DNA from: Chrysomallon squamiferum
Lineage: Eukaryota; Animalia; Mollusca
Reading direction: 5' to 3'
Assembly (NCBI GenBank): GCA_012295275.1
Contig: CM022677.1
Span: forward strand, 24,242,001-24,306,000
Length of the DNA stretch: 64,000 bases
Shown: piece after piece, positions 19,042 through 52,561 of the stretch
How the letters are laid out: every line of letters starts with the position of its first letter
Position numbering within the stretch: position 1 is the first letter of the stretch
Made by a program: the position numbers and the translations under genes
The notes under the pieces: model-generated
Seen by the model: only the letters and a program-made list of their open reading frames with translations
Told to the model about the DNA's origin: nothing
Database searches by the model: none

Positions 19042-20634
19042 TAACAATAATAATAATAATATATCAATAGCAGTAGCAATATTAATAATAAAGTGAAATA
19101 TTTATAATATTGCCTTACCAGTGTATTTCAACAATTGTATTATAGTTATTATGATATACTGTATATTATATAGTTTCTAAAATGGTTGGTATGTGCTGTG
19201 CTGTGTTTTATATAATTATTCTATTTATTCTTAACTTATTACTAAAACACATCTTTGTTGATATTCATTTCGATGTTGTTAGTATTAAAAAATATATATC
19301 TGTGTATAGACTGAGTCCAAAGATATTTAAATTGTATTAATGATGCATTGTGAAAACAATGCGTTACTTTAATAACTGATTAATCTTTATTTTATTTTAT
19401 TTTTTTTTTCTTTATTTTTCTTTATATATATATATATTTTTTATTTTAATTTTTTTTAATAATATTAGCGCTTGCTATAACGAAGCATTCCAGATCAATT
19501 ATTTTTATTTAAATTCTGTATGTCTCAAAATAATCTAATTTCAATCGATATTAATATCAAATTATTTTTTATGCCTAATTCTACATAATTTATTAATTCG
19601 GACATTTCTATATCAAAGTTAATTAATATTATTTTTAATTAATAATATTTCAAAACGTTTCTGTTCGAAATCGTCTTTAATTCGGAATGAGTATTGTAAT
19701 CAACTTTATTTTAAATTTCTTCATTGCGTTTGTATTTATAACAGAGTGTTTTTCGCCTTTTTTTATTTTTTAACGTTATCTAGAAATGTTTGTTGTTTGT
19801 TATGAGTGGATATCTATAACATAGAGGACTGTGTTAATAATGAACGGGTTTTGAGTTTGAAGTGTTTTTCTTAGATATTTATTCTACATTGTGTGATCCC
19901 ATTTTGAACTGTTTTTTTTGTGAAACTGTTGTCTCTCTTCGAAGTTTTATCTAATAATAATAATAATAAAAAAGTGATTTTCTTTTTTAAATTTTTGAAC
20001 TTGTTTGTTATTTTTGTTATCTTTTTTGATATATGTGTGTTTTGTTGGTATATGTATGTGTTTTGATATATCTGTGTTTTGTTGATATGTGTGTGTGTTT
20101 TGTGTAAGTATATAAGTTTAGTGTGTGGTGGGAGTGTTTGAGTATTCGTGTATGTGTGCGTGCCCATATGCGTGTCTGCGTGAGTAGTTTTCTCTCTATG
20201 CATCTATGTGTGTATGTGCGTGAGTGTGTGTATGAGTGAGTGTATGTAAATGTGTATGTGCATGAGTGTGTATGTATTTGTGTTTCTATGTGTCTATTTA
20301 TGTGTGTTTGTGTGTGTCGATGTGTATATGTATGTGTGTTTGAGTGTGTGCGTATGTGTGTGTGTGTATGTGTGAAATATAAAACAGAAATCTTTCTTCA
20401 TGAACGAGAGATCCAAGGATCGACTCTACTGTCTGGACAGTTTCATTAACTGTCGAGTTACAGTGGAAGTAGTTAATACTTGAAGCACACGCACCAGTAC
20501 TGAGATCTACAAGATAACAGGATCAATGCTCCTTGGAGACTGCAGTGAATAAAAACAGCTTTATGAAATAGGTGGTATGTGCCGCGCTGTCTCTATGAAG
20601 CATACAACATATTCTTAGTAAACGGGGATCAAAT

Positions 20635-20669
<35 letters not shown>

Positions 20670-20957
20670 TTAAAAAAATAAAAAATAAAAAAGTATAAAA
20701 ATTATCGTTGCGTTTTATCTCTTACAAATATGCATGATTTAAAACATTTTTTAAATTTATTCTTACATTTACTGAATCATTATTTCATTCATTCTTTAAT
20801 TCATTCTTACATTCATTTCACAAAAACAATGATTAATTTCATTTTGAAAAATATTATTATTATTATAATAACAAGTATAAAAATAAATAAATAAATAAAT
20901 GATTCTGATGATGATGACAATAAACACAAATAAAACAAAATAAATCAAAAATCATAA

Positions 20958-21000
<43 letters not shown>

Positions 21001-21329
21001 ATATTCAACAACAAATAGAAACGAAAATATTATCTACGTCTAAAAACGTTACATTTCTACTATTTCGATATTTTTTTTTTTTTATTCCAGTTTAGCCAGC
21101 ATGTTTTCGAATTCCTCTTTCAGTACAATAAATGAATTTTTATCTTCTAATCAATATTTTATTTAATTTCGAGTTCTTCTTCTTCTCTTAATTAGCATAC
21201 TCGGAAAACTTCCTATTTGAATTACAAATAAAAAAAAAAAAAAAAAAAAAAAATTAAATAAAATAATATTAATAAAAGAGAATTAAAAAAAAAAGATGAA
21301 AAGAAGAAAAATATGACACAGGTAATGTA

Positions 21330-21437
<108 letters not shown>

Positions 21438-21628
21438 ATAGATAAAAACGAACAAATTCAGACATATATATATATATACATAAATATGTCTGTTTAAAAA
21501 AATTAAAACTCTCGATAAAAAAGTGAAAAAGAAATATTACCATCACAACCAAGAACACTTACGTGAAAAAAACGTTTAATGGAAATGTTTGCACTATAGA
21601 CAGGCTCTCCAAACCAGAAATATAATAA

Positions 21629-21663
<35 letters not shown>

Positions 21664-21718
21664 CTTTTTATTTTATTTTATTTTTATTATTTTATATTTT
21701 TGTTATTATTATTATTAC

Positions 21719-21752
<34 letters not shown>

Positions 21753-22324
21753 TGTAAAATAATTCAGATTTATGCAACTGGGCCTTTAAGAAATTTCTGT
21801 TCGCCTCCAGCCGCCAAGGTCGATAACTCGCGAATAGCGAATGATTGATGGGAAAGTGCGATCCATTTTTCACCTTCCCAATTATCGCTTACCAGTTACC
21901 TGCAATTTCTGTGTTTGTCGAGTAACAAGGCTTTCACAATTAGCCCGTTCAGTCTAGGGAGTAAGATGATATTGATCAAGCCGATTACTCGGGTTTTTCC
22001 GTAATGATTGGAAAATAATTGTTTATGAATGCGGAAAGACCCGAATTAGTGTCCCGAAAAGTACCGTGAGTGATCCGATTAGGTGTAGTGGTTATTAATT
22101 TATTCTCTTCTCTTTTTTTTTTTTTATTTTTATTTTTATTTTTATTTTTTTTTTTTTTATTGTGATAAGACGGAAAGAAAGAAAAAAAAACTGCAATGAA
22201 GTAAAAATAAATAAATTAATTAATAATAAAAAACAAAAAAACAATAGATGTATAAATAAATAAATAAAAACAATAGATATATAAATAAATAATAATCTCT
22301 CTAAGTCATTTCTTATCATGCTGT

Positions 22325-22655
<331 letters not shown>

Positions 22656-23203
22656 ACCTTATTCTTTTCTCCCCCCCATTCTGCTGTAATCCTATTCTTT
22701 GTTCCTTTCTCTTTATTTTATTATTATTATTTTTTTATTTTCTTTGCGCAGAGCAAACATTTCATTTATCAGTTTTTCCATTAAATATTTCATCCGCTAA
22801 AAAATGTATTCGACTAGACTTTCACATCGTAGATTCCGAGAAAATCTTTTGTAGACTAAAACCTAATCGATAATAACTTTAATCTCTGCTTATCCCACAG
22901 GGAATTAGAAAAATAAAAACGATAAAAAAAACACCAATGTATTAATACTTTAAGAAGTGAAACAGTGCTTTATATCAATCAATAGATAACAAAAGAAAAG
23001 ACAGAAGAAAGAAAAATAATAGAAAAATAAAAATAAAAAAACATAAGGATAAAAAAACAAAGCAAAAAAGAAAATAATGTTAATGTGTGTATGTATATTT
23101 ATGCTTTGAACTGGAATCTGTATCAGCCAGTTAATGTGTAATTAATTGTGCGTGCATTTCTCTATTAGTGTGTGTATGTGTGTATATATATGTATGTCTG
23201 TAC

Positions 23204-23250
<47 letters not shown>

Positions 23251-23541
23251 CATGTGTGTATGTATGTGTGAGTATATATATATGTGTGTGGTTCTGTTTT
23301 ATGTACATCTCAGTATAACAGAATTTGTATGAGGAGGGCAATTTTAATGTAAAGACTGTTATCTTAAATCATATTTATACAACACTGAAATGTGTGTGCG
23401 TGTATAATTTGAAACCAATATTCAGTTGCTGTTGCTATTATTTTATTATTATTATTATGATTATTATGATTATTATTATTATTATTAATTTATTATTATT
23501 ATTATTACTATAATTATTTATATTATTATTAGTAGTAGTAA

Positions 23542-23677
<136 letters not shown>

Positions 23678-24169
23678 CAGTAGTAGTAGTAGTAGTAGTT
23701 ATTAGTAGTAGTAGTAGTAGTAGTAGTAATATTGTCAACATAATCATCCTATCGTCAACGTAGATATACAAGTGTTCGTCGTGCTGGACATTATCGTAAT
23801 CAAAACAGAGAACTAATGAACGAATTTCGTTTTCTAAAAAAAAATAAGTTTCTGTTTTCGTAATTTTAAAGTGCGGAGAGAGACCTAACCTCGACCGGCT
23901 GATTATCGCCATGACAAAGTTATCGAACCAGTCACAACGAAGGCTGATTACCTTAATAACGTTGGAATTTAGTTAAAACAGTTTAAATGTATTTACAGAT
24001 GTATTTATCGAGCTGAGAGAGCTGGAAACTGTTGAATCTCTCTGAGTTTTGGTGTAATGAAGCTTGAAAAGAGTTTGAGAGGCACGTTCTGTTAGATCGT
24101 TTAGATGTTTGTTTATTTACGGTTATAATTTCATTGCGATCATTTACATAACTGATCTGTCTCTCTCTC

Positions 24170-24259
<90 letters not shown>

Positions 24260-24441
24260 TCATACAGTTTACCCTCTATTTGACCTCCGCTTATTATTAC
24301 TATTATTATTATTATTGTTGTTGTTGTTGTTGTTGTTGTTATTATTAGTAGTAGTAGTAGTAGTATTCTTTCTCTTATGTGTGTTGTTATTGTTGTCTTT
24401 ATCTTATAATGATGATGATGCTGATGATGCTGATGATGCTG

Positions 24442-24521
<80 letters not shown>

Positions 24522-24939
24522 CTATCTATTATACTGACACGAGAACTGAAATATCTTACAACAGTACTTAAACTCGCCCAGTAAAACGCTGTTTAATTTC
24601 AAACCTGATTTACACCTGACACAACACACACACACGGTCACATTTATTCAAGTTTCTTCTTTACGAGCCAACACGGGCGTGCTTGGACCTCCAGTCAAAC
24701 GAAAGCACGAATCACCTAGGTGACTGACTGACTAAGTGAATCATTCCAAGAAAACAAATCCATTATCTTAATTCAAAACCGCAATAACGCTGATTAACTA
24801 GAAGCATATTTTCAGCTCGTTGCTCCGACCTTTCATAATTAGTCGAGCGGTTGTGGAGAAAATATTTTCTATGGGCCAGAGAACAAAAGTGCGGCGTGCA
24901 CGCTAAACAGAATCTGTTAATGGAATCTTGAAATAGCTG

Positions 24940-25360
24940 TTAAAGTATTCTTGTGAAGTACAGTATGGTCAGTCGCAAGATTTAGTTTTAGTTTCCTTGT
25001 TTGCCGGTCTGTTGATTTTTTATTTTTATATTTTTTTTTTTTATTTTTTTATTTTATTTTACCGTTCCAGTACGTGCTCCAGAAAAAAAATAATGCAGTT
25101 TTGAAACAGCGGTTAAAGTGTTGTGGTAATGTATCGCCAATCGCAAGATCTAGTCTGCTTATTAGCCGGTCTGAGTTCTTTTTGTTGTTGTTGTTGTTGT
25201 TTTTTTTTACCGTTCCAATACGTGCTCCATAAAATATTGGAGTATTGAAATTGTTTGGTTACAAAAAAAAACAGTTAAGTTAAGTGTTGTTGTAAACGTG
25301 TGGTTAGTCGCTGGATCGATTCTCCTGTATTACCTCACTGGGTTATTTTACCATTCCAAT
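24940..25360 (+). repeat. Degenerate 3-copy tandem repeat, period about 150-170 bp
   Basis: Recurring blocks RTCGCAAGAT.TAGT, GCCGGTCTG and TTTTACCGTTCCA.TACGTGCTCCA near 25057 and 25205, with a weaker third copy near 25346. Confidence 0.6.
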
Positions 25361-25659
25361 TAATCTGGGATTACCAAATGATGCAATAATTTTGATACTG
25401 TTTATAAGAAGGTTAGAATATTCCTCTTGTTAATCAGTGAAAAATAGTTACTTCAGACTGATACAGTGTCAGAATTTTAAGTTTGCAAACGGAAAAATCC
25501 AGTTTATCAGATACAGCAGAACCTACTGTTCTGTTTTCTAGCGATTTTGTGTAATTTAGTGATTGTATCTGACATTGTTCCTTTATCTATCTTTTATACC
25601 CGCTATTCTTTTCATTCCTTCTGTCTCTGGTTTTCTTCTTATTTGTATCTATCCTTTCT

Positions 25660-25748
<89 letters not shown>

Positions 25749-26456
25749 ACCTTTCTTCTTTCGAATTTTTCACAAAAATAATAATATTTTTTGAAAGACC
25801 TGCATGACTGATAATATAAAAAGGTCATTCATTCATTCTTTCATACATCCACCCATCCATCCATCCATTCATTCCTTCATACAATTCATTTATTCATTTA
25901 GCGACTTCATTTATTCATTTTTCAGTAATTCATTAAGTTCAAGCATTCACTCGCTTTTTCAAAGCTGACCCTTACATCACCACAGAGTCAGTTTGGTCGT
26001 ATCACCTAGCAACGGCTACAGTCAAGAACATAAAAAAAAAAAAAAATAATAATCAACCGTCATACTAAAGAAAACTAATTGTTCTGTACCAAGGTTACGC
26101 AGAACAAAGAAATAAATAAAATCGACAGAAACCAGCCAGTATTTCATGGCCAGGTAATGACTTGATAATACGCGATCAATATGAAACGGCACTTTTCGCT
26201 TCTTTGCGGTCCGTTACTCGAAACGATCGAGTGGACCAATTACAGACCGGAAACAGCACTTCCTGTTCCATTCCATCGAGCGCATGCTCAGTGCAGGTAA
26301 ATTATTTTTTTCTCGAGAGGGTTCATTTCTCTTTTAAAGCCGTTGTGGTTGATGTAGTGTTTGCAAAACAAATAATAAGAGAGTCGCTTGTTTGTTTAAT
26401 TTACTGTGCTGTTCGGCGTAATAGAATTAATAACGGTAGCAGATCATTTTTATTAA

Positions 26457-26808
<352 letters not shown>

Positions 26809-28363
26809 ATTTACCTACTTTATATTCCTAAGGGCGATGCCTATAATTGTTAAGATACAGGTTAAATTAAATATATTTCTTTTACTATACATTCTATATA
26901 TGTTAATTTAGGTGCCTATATTCCTGTATCAGTAACTGTATTTCATGTGTGTCTGTCTGTTTATTCGATTCCCTCTATATGTCTGTATATTATGCAGATT
27001 ATTTTATATATATATATATATATATAATATAATATCACTCTACTTCGGGCTGAATTCCCAAAAACTAACATACCGATAAAACTATTTATTTATAATTGGC
27101 CCCGATTAACACTGGCCAATTAATATAGCAAACCTGACAAACAGCAGTGATATATTTCCCATAATCTGACATGCACTAGTAATCTATTTCTTTTATCTTA
27201 CAAAGAAACACACAAATACGGAAGTCACGTGAGGTGAGATTTGTTAATCCAGAGCCCAGATTAGATTGAGATTAAAACGTGTAGGTAGTGACAGACGTCT
27301 GTGGTTTGTTAGAGCGCAGTTTTACTTATCAGAATTCGCCGACACATTTCAAACAGAGAAACTGTACGTTTTGACTTTACACCATTCAGACCTAATCTCT
27401 AACACAGTTCGCTATTTGCATTTGTTCCGTTGTTTAAATTTATCTGTGTTTGTTTTGTTTTGTCTATTGTTCTGTGGTACTTAAATTCAAAGGCGTATTT
27501 TACGTCTGAGTTTCTTTTCTTTTCTCGTGAATTGTGTTTTCTGACGCTTGTAAACATTTCTATTCTTGGTTATCGGTTTCTGAACAAAAAAAAAAAAAGA
27601 AACAAACATTCGTTTTTGTTTGCTGTCAGTTTGACCAAAATTAATTGTAGATAAAATATTCTAGGTATGGTTTTGTTTAATTTTGTTTCTTAGACATAAT
27701 TTCCTTTTTAATTTTATACTAAATCACATACACTAAGCTTTATCACCATGCTGTTGGTATAGCAGTATAAATGTTCTTAATACTAGTATCAGTATCAGTA
27801 TCAATAGTACTAGTATAAGTAGTATAAACAATTGTAATAGATCGGTTGTATTAGTAGTAGTAATAACAGTAGTGGTAGTTGTTGTGGTCGTAGCAGTAGC
27901 AGCAGTAGCAGTATAATAGAAAAATAGTATTGTAAGAATTACATCAGCAACGGTAGTAGTAGCGGTAACAGTATAGTAGTAAGAGTAATAGTAGTAGACG
28001 TAGCAGCAGTGGTAGTAGTAGTAGTAATAGTAGTAGACGTAGTAGTAGTAATTGCTGTAGTAGTAGTAATAGTATAGTGTAGCAGTAATAGTAGTACTAG
28101 AGGCATTAGTAATAGAATAATAGTAATAGTAGTAGTAGTAGTAGTCGTAGTAGTTTTTGTTGTTGTAGTAGTAATAATAGTATAGTGTAGCAGTAATAGT
28201 AGTAGTAGTTGTTGATGTTGTTGTTGTTGCTGTTGTTGTACAGTGATACCTATCGTAGAGGCAGTAAACATAGAATTAGCAGTAAAAGTAAATGAAACAT
28301 TAATAGTACTAGTTATAATAGAAGTAACAAAATATGCCAGTAGATGTAGTAGTAGCAGCAGCA

Positions 28364-28418
<55 letters not shown>

Positions 28419-28954
28419 AAATAATAGTAGTAACTCTTGTAGTATCAGATGTTGTCGTTATAGTAGAAGTAGTAGTAGTAGTTGTTGTTAATGGTGTAAT
28501 AACACTAACAGCAGTAGTAATTTGTGTTTTAATACTGGAGACTCAGTCTTTCTTGATAGTAAATTTTATCGATGTTACAAAAAATCATACAAAGTTATTC
28601 TTTCATATTATACACATGGAATCTATTACAGCGGACTGAAAAAGCTCTGGTAGAGAGTTTCATCTCTAGTGACTAATGTTAACATTAGTAATACACATAA
28701 AAAAGATAGCATTAGATAAAAATAAGTCTCTAGTGTGTCTTTAATTAAAACATTTGTTTATTATTCTCTTGTACCTCTAATGACAAAAATATAATGAATT
28801 AAAACTGAATAGAGATGTTTACTCAGGCGTTATATGCTTTTTGCGATCACCACTTACTGTTACATAAAGGTTGTGCTAAAAAAGAAAATTGTGATGACTC
28901 AGGCTTCCTATGCAGTTTGCAATAATTATCATAACTTCGTGAAATTTTTATTAA

Positions 28955-29061
<107 letters not shown>

Positions 29062-29159
29062 TACAAACGTTCTAAATCATATACTGTTTAATAAATAAAC
29101 ACAATGTCAAATGAAGAAACTAAAGAATAAAAATAAAAACAACATACATACGTTCTATT

Positions 29160-29208
<49 letters not shown>

Positions 29209-29227
29209 TAACAATAATAACAATAAC

Positions 29228-29277
<50 letters not shown>

Positions 29278-29295
29278 TAACAATAATAATAATAA

Positions 29296-29346
<51 letters not shown>

Positions 29347-29417
29347 AAGGCTCAGTAGGGTTTTTCTTTTTTCTTCTTTCACCCCCATGCCCCACCCAGT
29401 GGACCCGCCCTGTACTT

Positions 29418-42302
<12,885 letters not shown>

Positions 42303-42606
42303 TGTTTACACTGAACAGGAGCACAATAGTCAAACCGGTAATAATTAAAAGAAGAAAACTTAAAATAAATACTATTGCATAATAGGGATTCAGCCAATCA
42401 CGACTACAAACCATTTCTGTCGAATGAATTGTTTTGTTTTTCAAAACAAAAAGTTGAAGATAAATAAATAAAGAAAGGAAAATGACGTCAGAAGTTAGGT
42501 ATGACGTCGTCACTATTTACTGAAATACCGATAGGTTCAAAGGTTCTTTCTTAATTTCATTCATTATGTTTTTATTTAATTACTTATTTAGTTAGTTTTC
42601 ATTTTT

Positions 42607-42640
<34 letters not shown>

Positions 42641-42798
42641 CAATAAAACAAACAAACAAGAAAATAAATAATAAAGGAATATAACGTTAGAGAGAGACAC
42701 GTATGAATTAGTAAACGTATTTTTTATTTTCATGTGTCGTGGTCTATAAGCTGGAAATGTCAGCTGCACAGAATTTGGGTATGATGTATGATGTGTAC

Positions 42799-42869
<71 letters not shown>

Positions 42870-43283
42870 CACACACACACACACACACACAAAGAAACCT
42901 CAAAACTGCAGCCTTAATGAACCGGACGTCTCATCTCAATGATTTCTGCAGATGGTAATTTAACAAATACTAAAATGTAAAACCTCCTTAAACCGAACAC
43001 CCCTTCAAACCCCTTCCATACCGAAATTCTAATTTGGTCATAGTTTTTAAAAGTTCCATTGAATGTTTTGTTCTTGTTGTTGTTGTTGTTGTCGTCGTTT
43101 TCTTCACGAGTCTTTTAAAAGGTGCATTGATTTATGATAACTATATTCACTGCAGAACTGCCATTATAGCTATCAATGCCATTCGTAATATTTATTAATT
43201 CTTTTTGTTTAATTTATTTTCATTACTGTTGTGTCTTACATACGACGTTGTTAATGTATATATACATACATACATACATACAT

Positions 43284-43314
<31 letters not shown>

Positions 43315-43598
43315 GAGACACATAAACACACACATAGTCTTATTTACATAACATCATTATTTTTATAATTATATTCTTATTTAACTTTCATTTTTCTCTT
43401 TTTCTACATACCTTATAGAGACATACATACGTACGTACATAAGTATGTACACACACACATACACACACACAGACACTCATACACATACACACACACACAC
43501 ATACACACACACACATATACACCATTGCAAACTGTGACAATAATTAGTAAACAGTAAAATACAGAGATGCTGCAACCACTGGTTTTACTACTATCACA

Positions 43599-43639
<41 letters not shown>

Positions 43640-44425
43640 TACTACTACTGCAACTACTACTATAACTACTACTACTACTACTACTATTATTACTACTACT
43701 ACTACTTGTACTACTTCTTATACTACTACTACAACGACAACTACTTCTACTACTACAACTACTACTGATACTACTATTACTACTACAACTACTACTGATA
43801 CTACTACTACTACTTCTACTACTACTACTATAAGTAATACTACTACTATTATTATTATTACTACTACTACTTGTACTACTTCTTATACTACTACTACAAG
43901 ACAACTACTTCTGCTACTACAACTACTACTGATACTACTAGTACTACTGCTACTACTACAACTACTAATGATACTACTAGTACTACTTCTACTACTACAA
44001 CTACTACTACTACTACTGATACTACTACTACTGCAACTACTACTATAAGTACTACTACTATTATTATTATTACTACTACTACTTGTACTACTTCTTATAC
44101 TACTCCTACAACGACAACTACTTCTACTACAACTACTACTGATACTACTACTACTTCTACTACTACTACTGCAACTACTACTATTAGTACTAATACTATT
44201 ATTATTACTACTACTACTACTTGTACTACTTCTTATACTACTACTACAACGACAGCTACTTCTACTACTACAACTACTACTGCTACTACTATTACTACTG
44301 CTACTATTACAACTGCTACTACAACTACTACTGTTACTACAACTAATACTAATACTAAAATAAAAATAATAAAGAACCTTTCTTGCAGATCATTTTTATT
44401 TCATTCATTTAATGAAAGATGTGAT

Positions 44426-48381
<3,956 letters not shown>

Positions 48382-49492
48382 TTTTACAACAAATATCCCT
48401 CTCTAGTATAACGAGAGAATGTTCAAATGACTTTAATGGCGGTACTTCGTCTTATATAGAAACCCAACAGTCCATACTCAATTATAGGTGTGAAATAACA
48501 CGAGGATTAGAAATTTAATAATTGACACAATGAATTTTTTTTTTATCCATGACATCTTATTGTTTATTTTCATAATCTTTGCTACAAAAGATAAATAAAT
48601 ATAATTTTTTTTTTTTTTTTTTTATATATATATTTTTTTATATCAGAAGAAGTAACGGAATTTCATATGGGAGAAACATGGAGTTTAAACAACAGACTGG
48701 TAACTAAATATTTGTGGAAAAACAAAAAATTGGAAATGCAGCTGTCATTATTAATGTCATTCATGTACTGGTAACACTTCGATCGTTAAATATGCACCGT
48801 TTTGAAAGAGAATCCTGTGTACATTTCCTGTAACGGAAACCAAAACTAAATTAATGAAAAATAAAAGATAATTTATGTTTACGACGCCGACTATTAAAAT
48901 GTTAATTCTGTGGAATAAAAATTAATTGAAAATGAAAGCAGATAATCCTGACAGCTGACAACTTGTCTCAGTTTATGGATTATGTAAAATAAACACATTA
49001 AAAATGGATGAAAACGAAAGAAAATATTGCAAGAGAGATCCATACAGACAGCTTGAAGACAGGCAGTAAATGTACACTAACTAATTAAGTAACATAAACA
49101 TTACAAAAGATATATCAACTTACTTAATATATATATTATTCATGCCGCTATTATTAATACTACTACAACTACAACAACTACTCCTACTACTATTATTCAC
49201 ATTATTATTATTATTAGTAGTAGTAGTAGTAGTAGTAGCATCAAAATCGTCATCATCACCACCATCATCATCATCAACACCACCATCATCATCTTCATTA
49301 TTATTATTGTTGTTGTTGTCGTTGTCGTTGTTGTAGATATCGTCCACCACCACTGCGGCATGTTACTACCATGACTATTACTTTACAAAAATTGTCAATA
49401 CTGTTTTTAATACTATGACTTCTACTAGAAAAAACAAAACCAAGTAAAGCACGACTACTGCTAATACTATATATATATATATATGAGTTCGT

Positions 49493-49548
<56 letters not shown>

Positions 49549-49929
49549 AGTTCGTCTTCTAGTACTATATACATACATACATATATGCTTACGTACATAC
49601 ATACACAAATGCATTTATAAAAGTAATTTTTAGATATTTTTTTAATATTACTTTAATTTTTGCCCGATTGATCTCTTTAATGAATGAATATCTATTATTA
49701 GATAGCTGTTTCTTTTTCCTTTTTTATCCTCTTTTTTTTTACCCTAGAATTTAATTTAATGAATAAATTGTTATATTTTTACTGTTAATCTGCTCTAATG
49801 TATTTCAGAGGGTATAAAGTGAATCAACACTGAATGTGTTCTTTTTACATATAGCTGCTGATTGCTTAATAAGTTTAGTCTTCATTCTGTTCTTAGCAGA
49901 AGTCACCACTGGTAAGTACGATATGATAC

Positions 49930-50059
<130 letters not shown>

Positions 50060-50262
50060 GATTAAATGTATTGTCTTCTATTTTACAGGTCACGTGTTCT
50101 TCCACTGTTCAAGTTTAAGTCAGACTTGTAACTCAGGCAAATGTGTACAGAAAACAGGAAAGTGTGACTGTACCGGAACTAATTTCACGGGATACAACTG
50201 TGCCGTGCACCGAGGTCAGTTTACCGTGACGTAATTGTGACGTAGTTTGACGTAATGAATTA

Positions 50263-50455
50263 TTACCATTCTAAACACAGTATAACTGCAGGCATAGGTA
50301 GATAATTAGCATGATTCTCGTTCTGATTTAAGCACAAATCAATTGAAATTAGAAAATATTCTCGTGATACAATTTCTAGAACTGGTAGGTTTGACTGAAA
50401 TGAATTAGAATACCATTCTAAACACAGTATAACTGCAGGCATAGGTAGATAATTA
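50263..50455 (+). repeat. 45-bp direct repeat
   Basis: TACCATTCTAAACACAGTATAACTGCAGGCATAGGTAGATAATTA at 50263 and 50411. Confidence 0.9.
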
Positions 50456-51980
50456 TTATACAACTACTGCTATTTGGTGTGAGATTAATACTGTTAGATT
50501 AAATACATGAATCAATACTGTATACGTACTACATAAATATTATTACAAAATCGAATTTAATTATCATGTTATATCAGCATTGTATTCTATTATTATTATT
50601 TTTTTAATGTTACTTTGCATTCTCTCACTCATTATCTCTCTTTCCCTCATTATGTTTTTCTTTCTCTCTCTTTTTTTTATTATTGGGGAACTCTACATTA
50701 TTAGTTTTACTTCTACAACTGATACCACCACCACCACTACTACTGCAGCTACTACTATTACAACTACTATCACTACTACTAGTACCATACTATTACTGTC
50801 ATTACTGATGCTACTACGACTACTGTTATTACAACTACCACCACCACAACTACTATTACTATTATTACTACTATTGTTGCTACTACTACTATTGTTGCTA
50901 CTACTACTACTGCTTGTACTACTACTACTAATACTATAACTACTACTATTAACACTGCTACCGCAACTACCACTACTACTGCTACTACAACGACCACCAC
51001 CATCACTACTTACTACTATCTCATCGTTTACAGTGGATGTGGTGTGTACATCTGACACAATGGTGTTGTACCTGAATCCAGTCTGAGACTTTGACGGTTT
51101 TGCGTGGATCAAAGATCATAAATATGAGAAGTGTATGTTCACTAAAGGAAAGTTCACTACCCGAAGGGCGGGTCTGGTACTGAGGGTCAAGGACGACCAG
51201 TGTGGTGGGGTTCAAAAGGTCAGATTGTCACATTTCTATATCTGCGTATCATTTGTTGTCATTATTTATTGGTTCAAGTTTGTTATCGTCCCTGAATTTA
51301 TTCTATTTTATTTTATTTTATTTTATTTTATTTTATTTTATTTTATTTTATTTCATTTTAATTTTATTTATTTATTTGTTTGTTTGTTTACCTACTTACT
51401 TACTTATTTTGTTATTTTTTATTTTGTTGTTGTTTTTTATTTTTTATTTTTTTCGTTACCTTATTTATTTCTTTAATGTTATTTTTTTTTGTTATTCTTG
51501 TTATATTGTTATTTCTTGTTTGTTTATTTTCTTATTCTGTTTTACTGCTAATTCTATTTCTGTTGATGAGCTACTTCTGACTTCCTTTTGTTTTGTTGCC
51601 ATTATTGCTAACAGTGATTTACTACTACTACTACTACGTCTGTTGATACTGGTTCAGTTGATGTATGTATATTACTACTAATGATTTTCATGTTAACTAA
51701 ATGAAAATCGATTTTAATTTAAACGTGCGATTTTCACTTTACGACGGACTGACTAATCAAGTTCAAATCTTATTTTTCTTAATTTTTTTCTTTCTTTTTT
51801 TTATTATTTTTCTTTAGAGAATCGGAAGGAAAAATCGTAAAATTTTCATTCAGCAGAGAAAAGGTTCAGTTCAGATGACAGATTCTTTGAATGAAGTTTT
51901 TTGCCTGAAAACTAGAAACATGTAAGTGATCCTTGTAACTAGTAAGTAGACTTGTCTAAATATGAACATACTTAATTGTT

Positions 51981-52060
<80 letters not shown>

Positions 52061-52514
52061 AGAGAGAGACTTATGTAAATTATAAATACATACATACGTA
52101 CATACATACATTTATACATACATGGATACATACATACATACATTGATACATACATACATACATACATACATACATACATACATTGATACATACATACATA
52201 CTTAATTACATATATACGTACGAGTCTAATATGACAGAAAGTATTCAGTTCCAACACACATATTTGCCCGTATCAGAGCAGCCTTTGTTAAATGTTTTCT
52301 TGATGACTGAACGGTAAGGTCGTTCACCTTCGGAGTGTGGGCGAATGGGTGCCATACGTTCGAGTCTCGTCAGCGGCATCTGACGGGTTTGTGACGTCGT
52401 GATTGAACTTTGTCCTCCTGCGCCAGTGCGTTCCCGAATATTGTCTACGTGCAGAGTCTATTCAGATGTACATAAGATAGACGATATTCAAATCCCAAAA
52501 TGCACACACACAGA

Positions 52515-52561
<47 letters not shown>

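Noticed and set aside
51084-51086. In-frame TGA as selenocysteine or readthrough
   Set aside because: The position fits a loop Gly (GGA>TGA) rather than a Cys, I saw no SECIS, and the same locus has other inactivating lesions.
52277-52470. GC-richer patch as the missing exon between the ZP-N-like and TSP1 exons
   Set aside because: It has a plausible acceptor, but stops occur in the frames I tried and no donor gives the required phase. It may be a decayed exon but cannot be supported.
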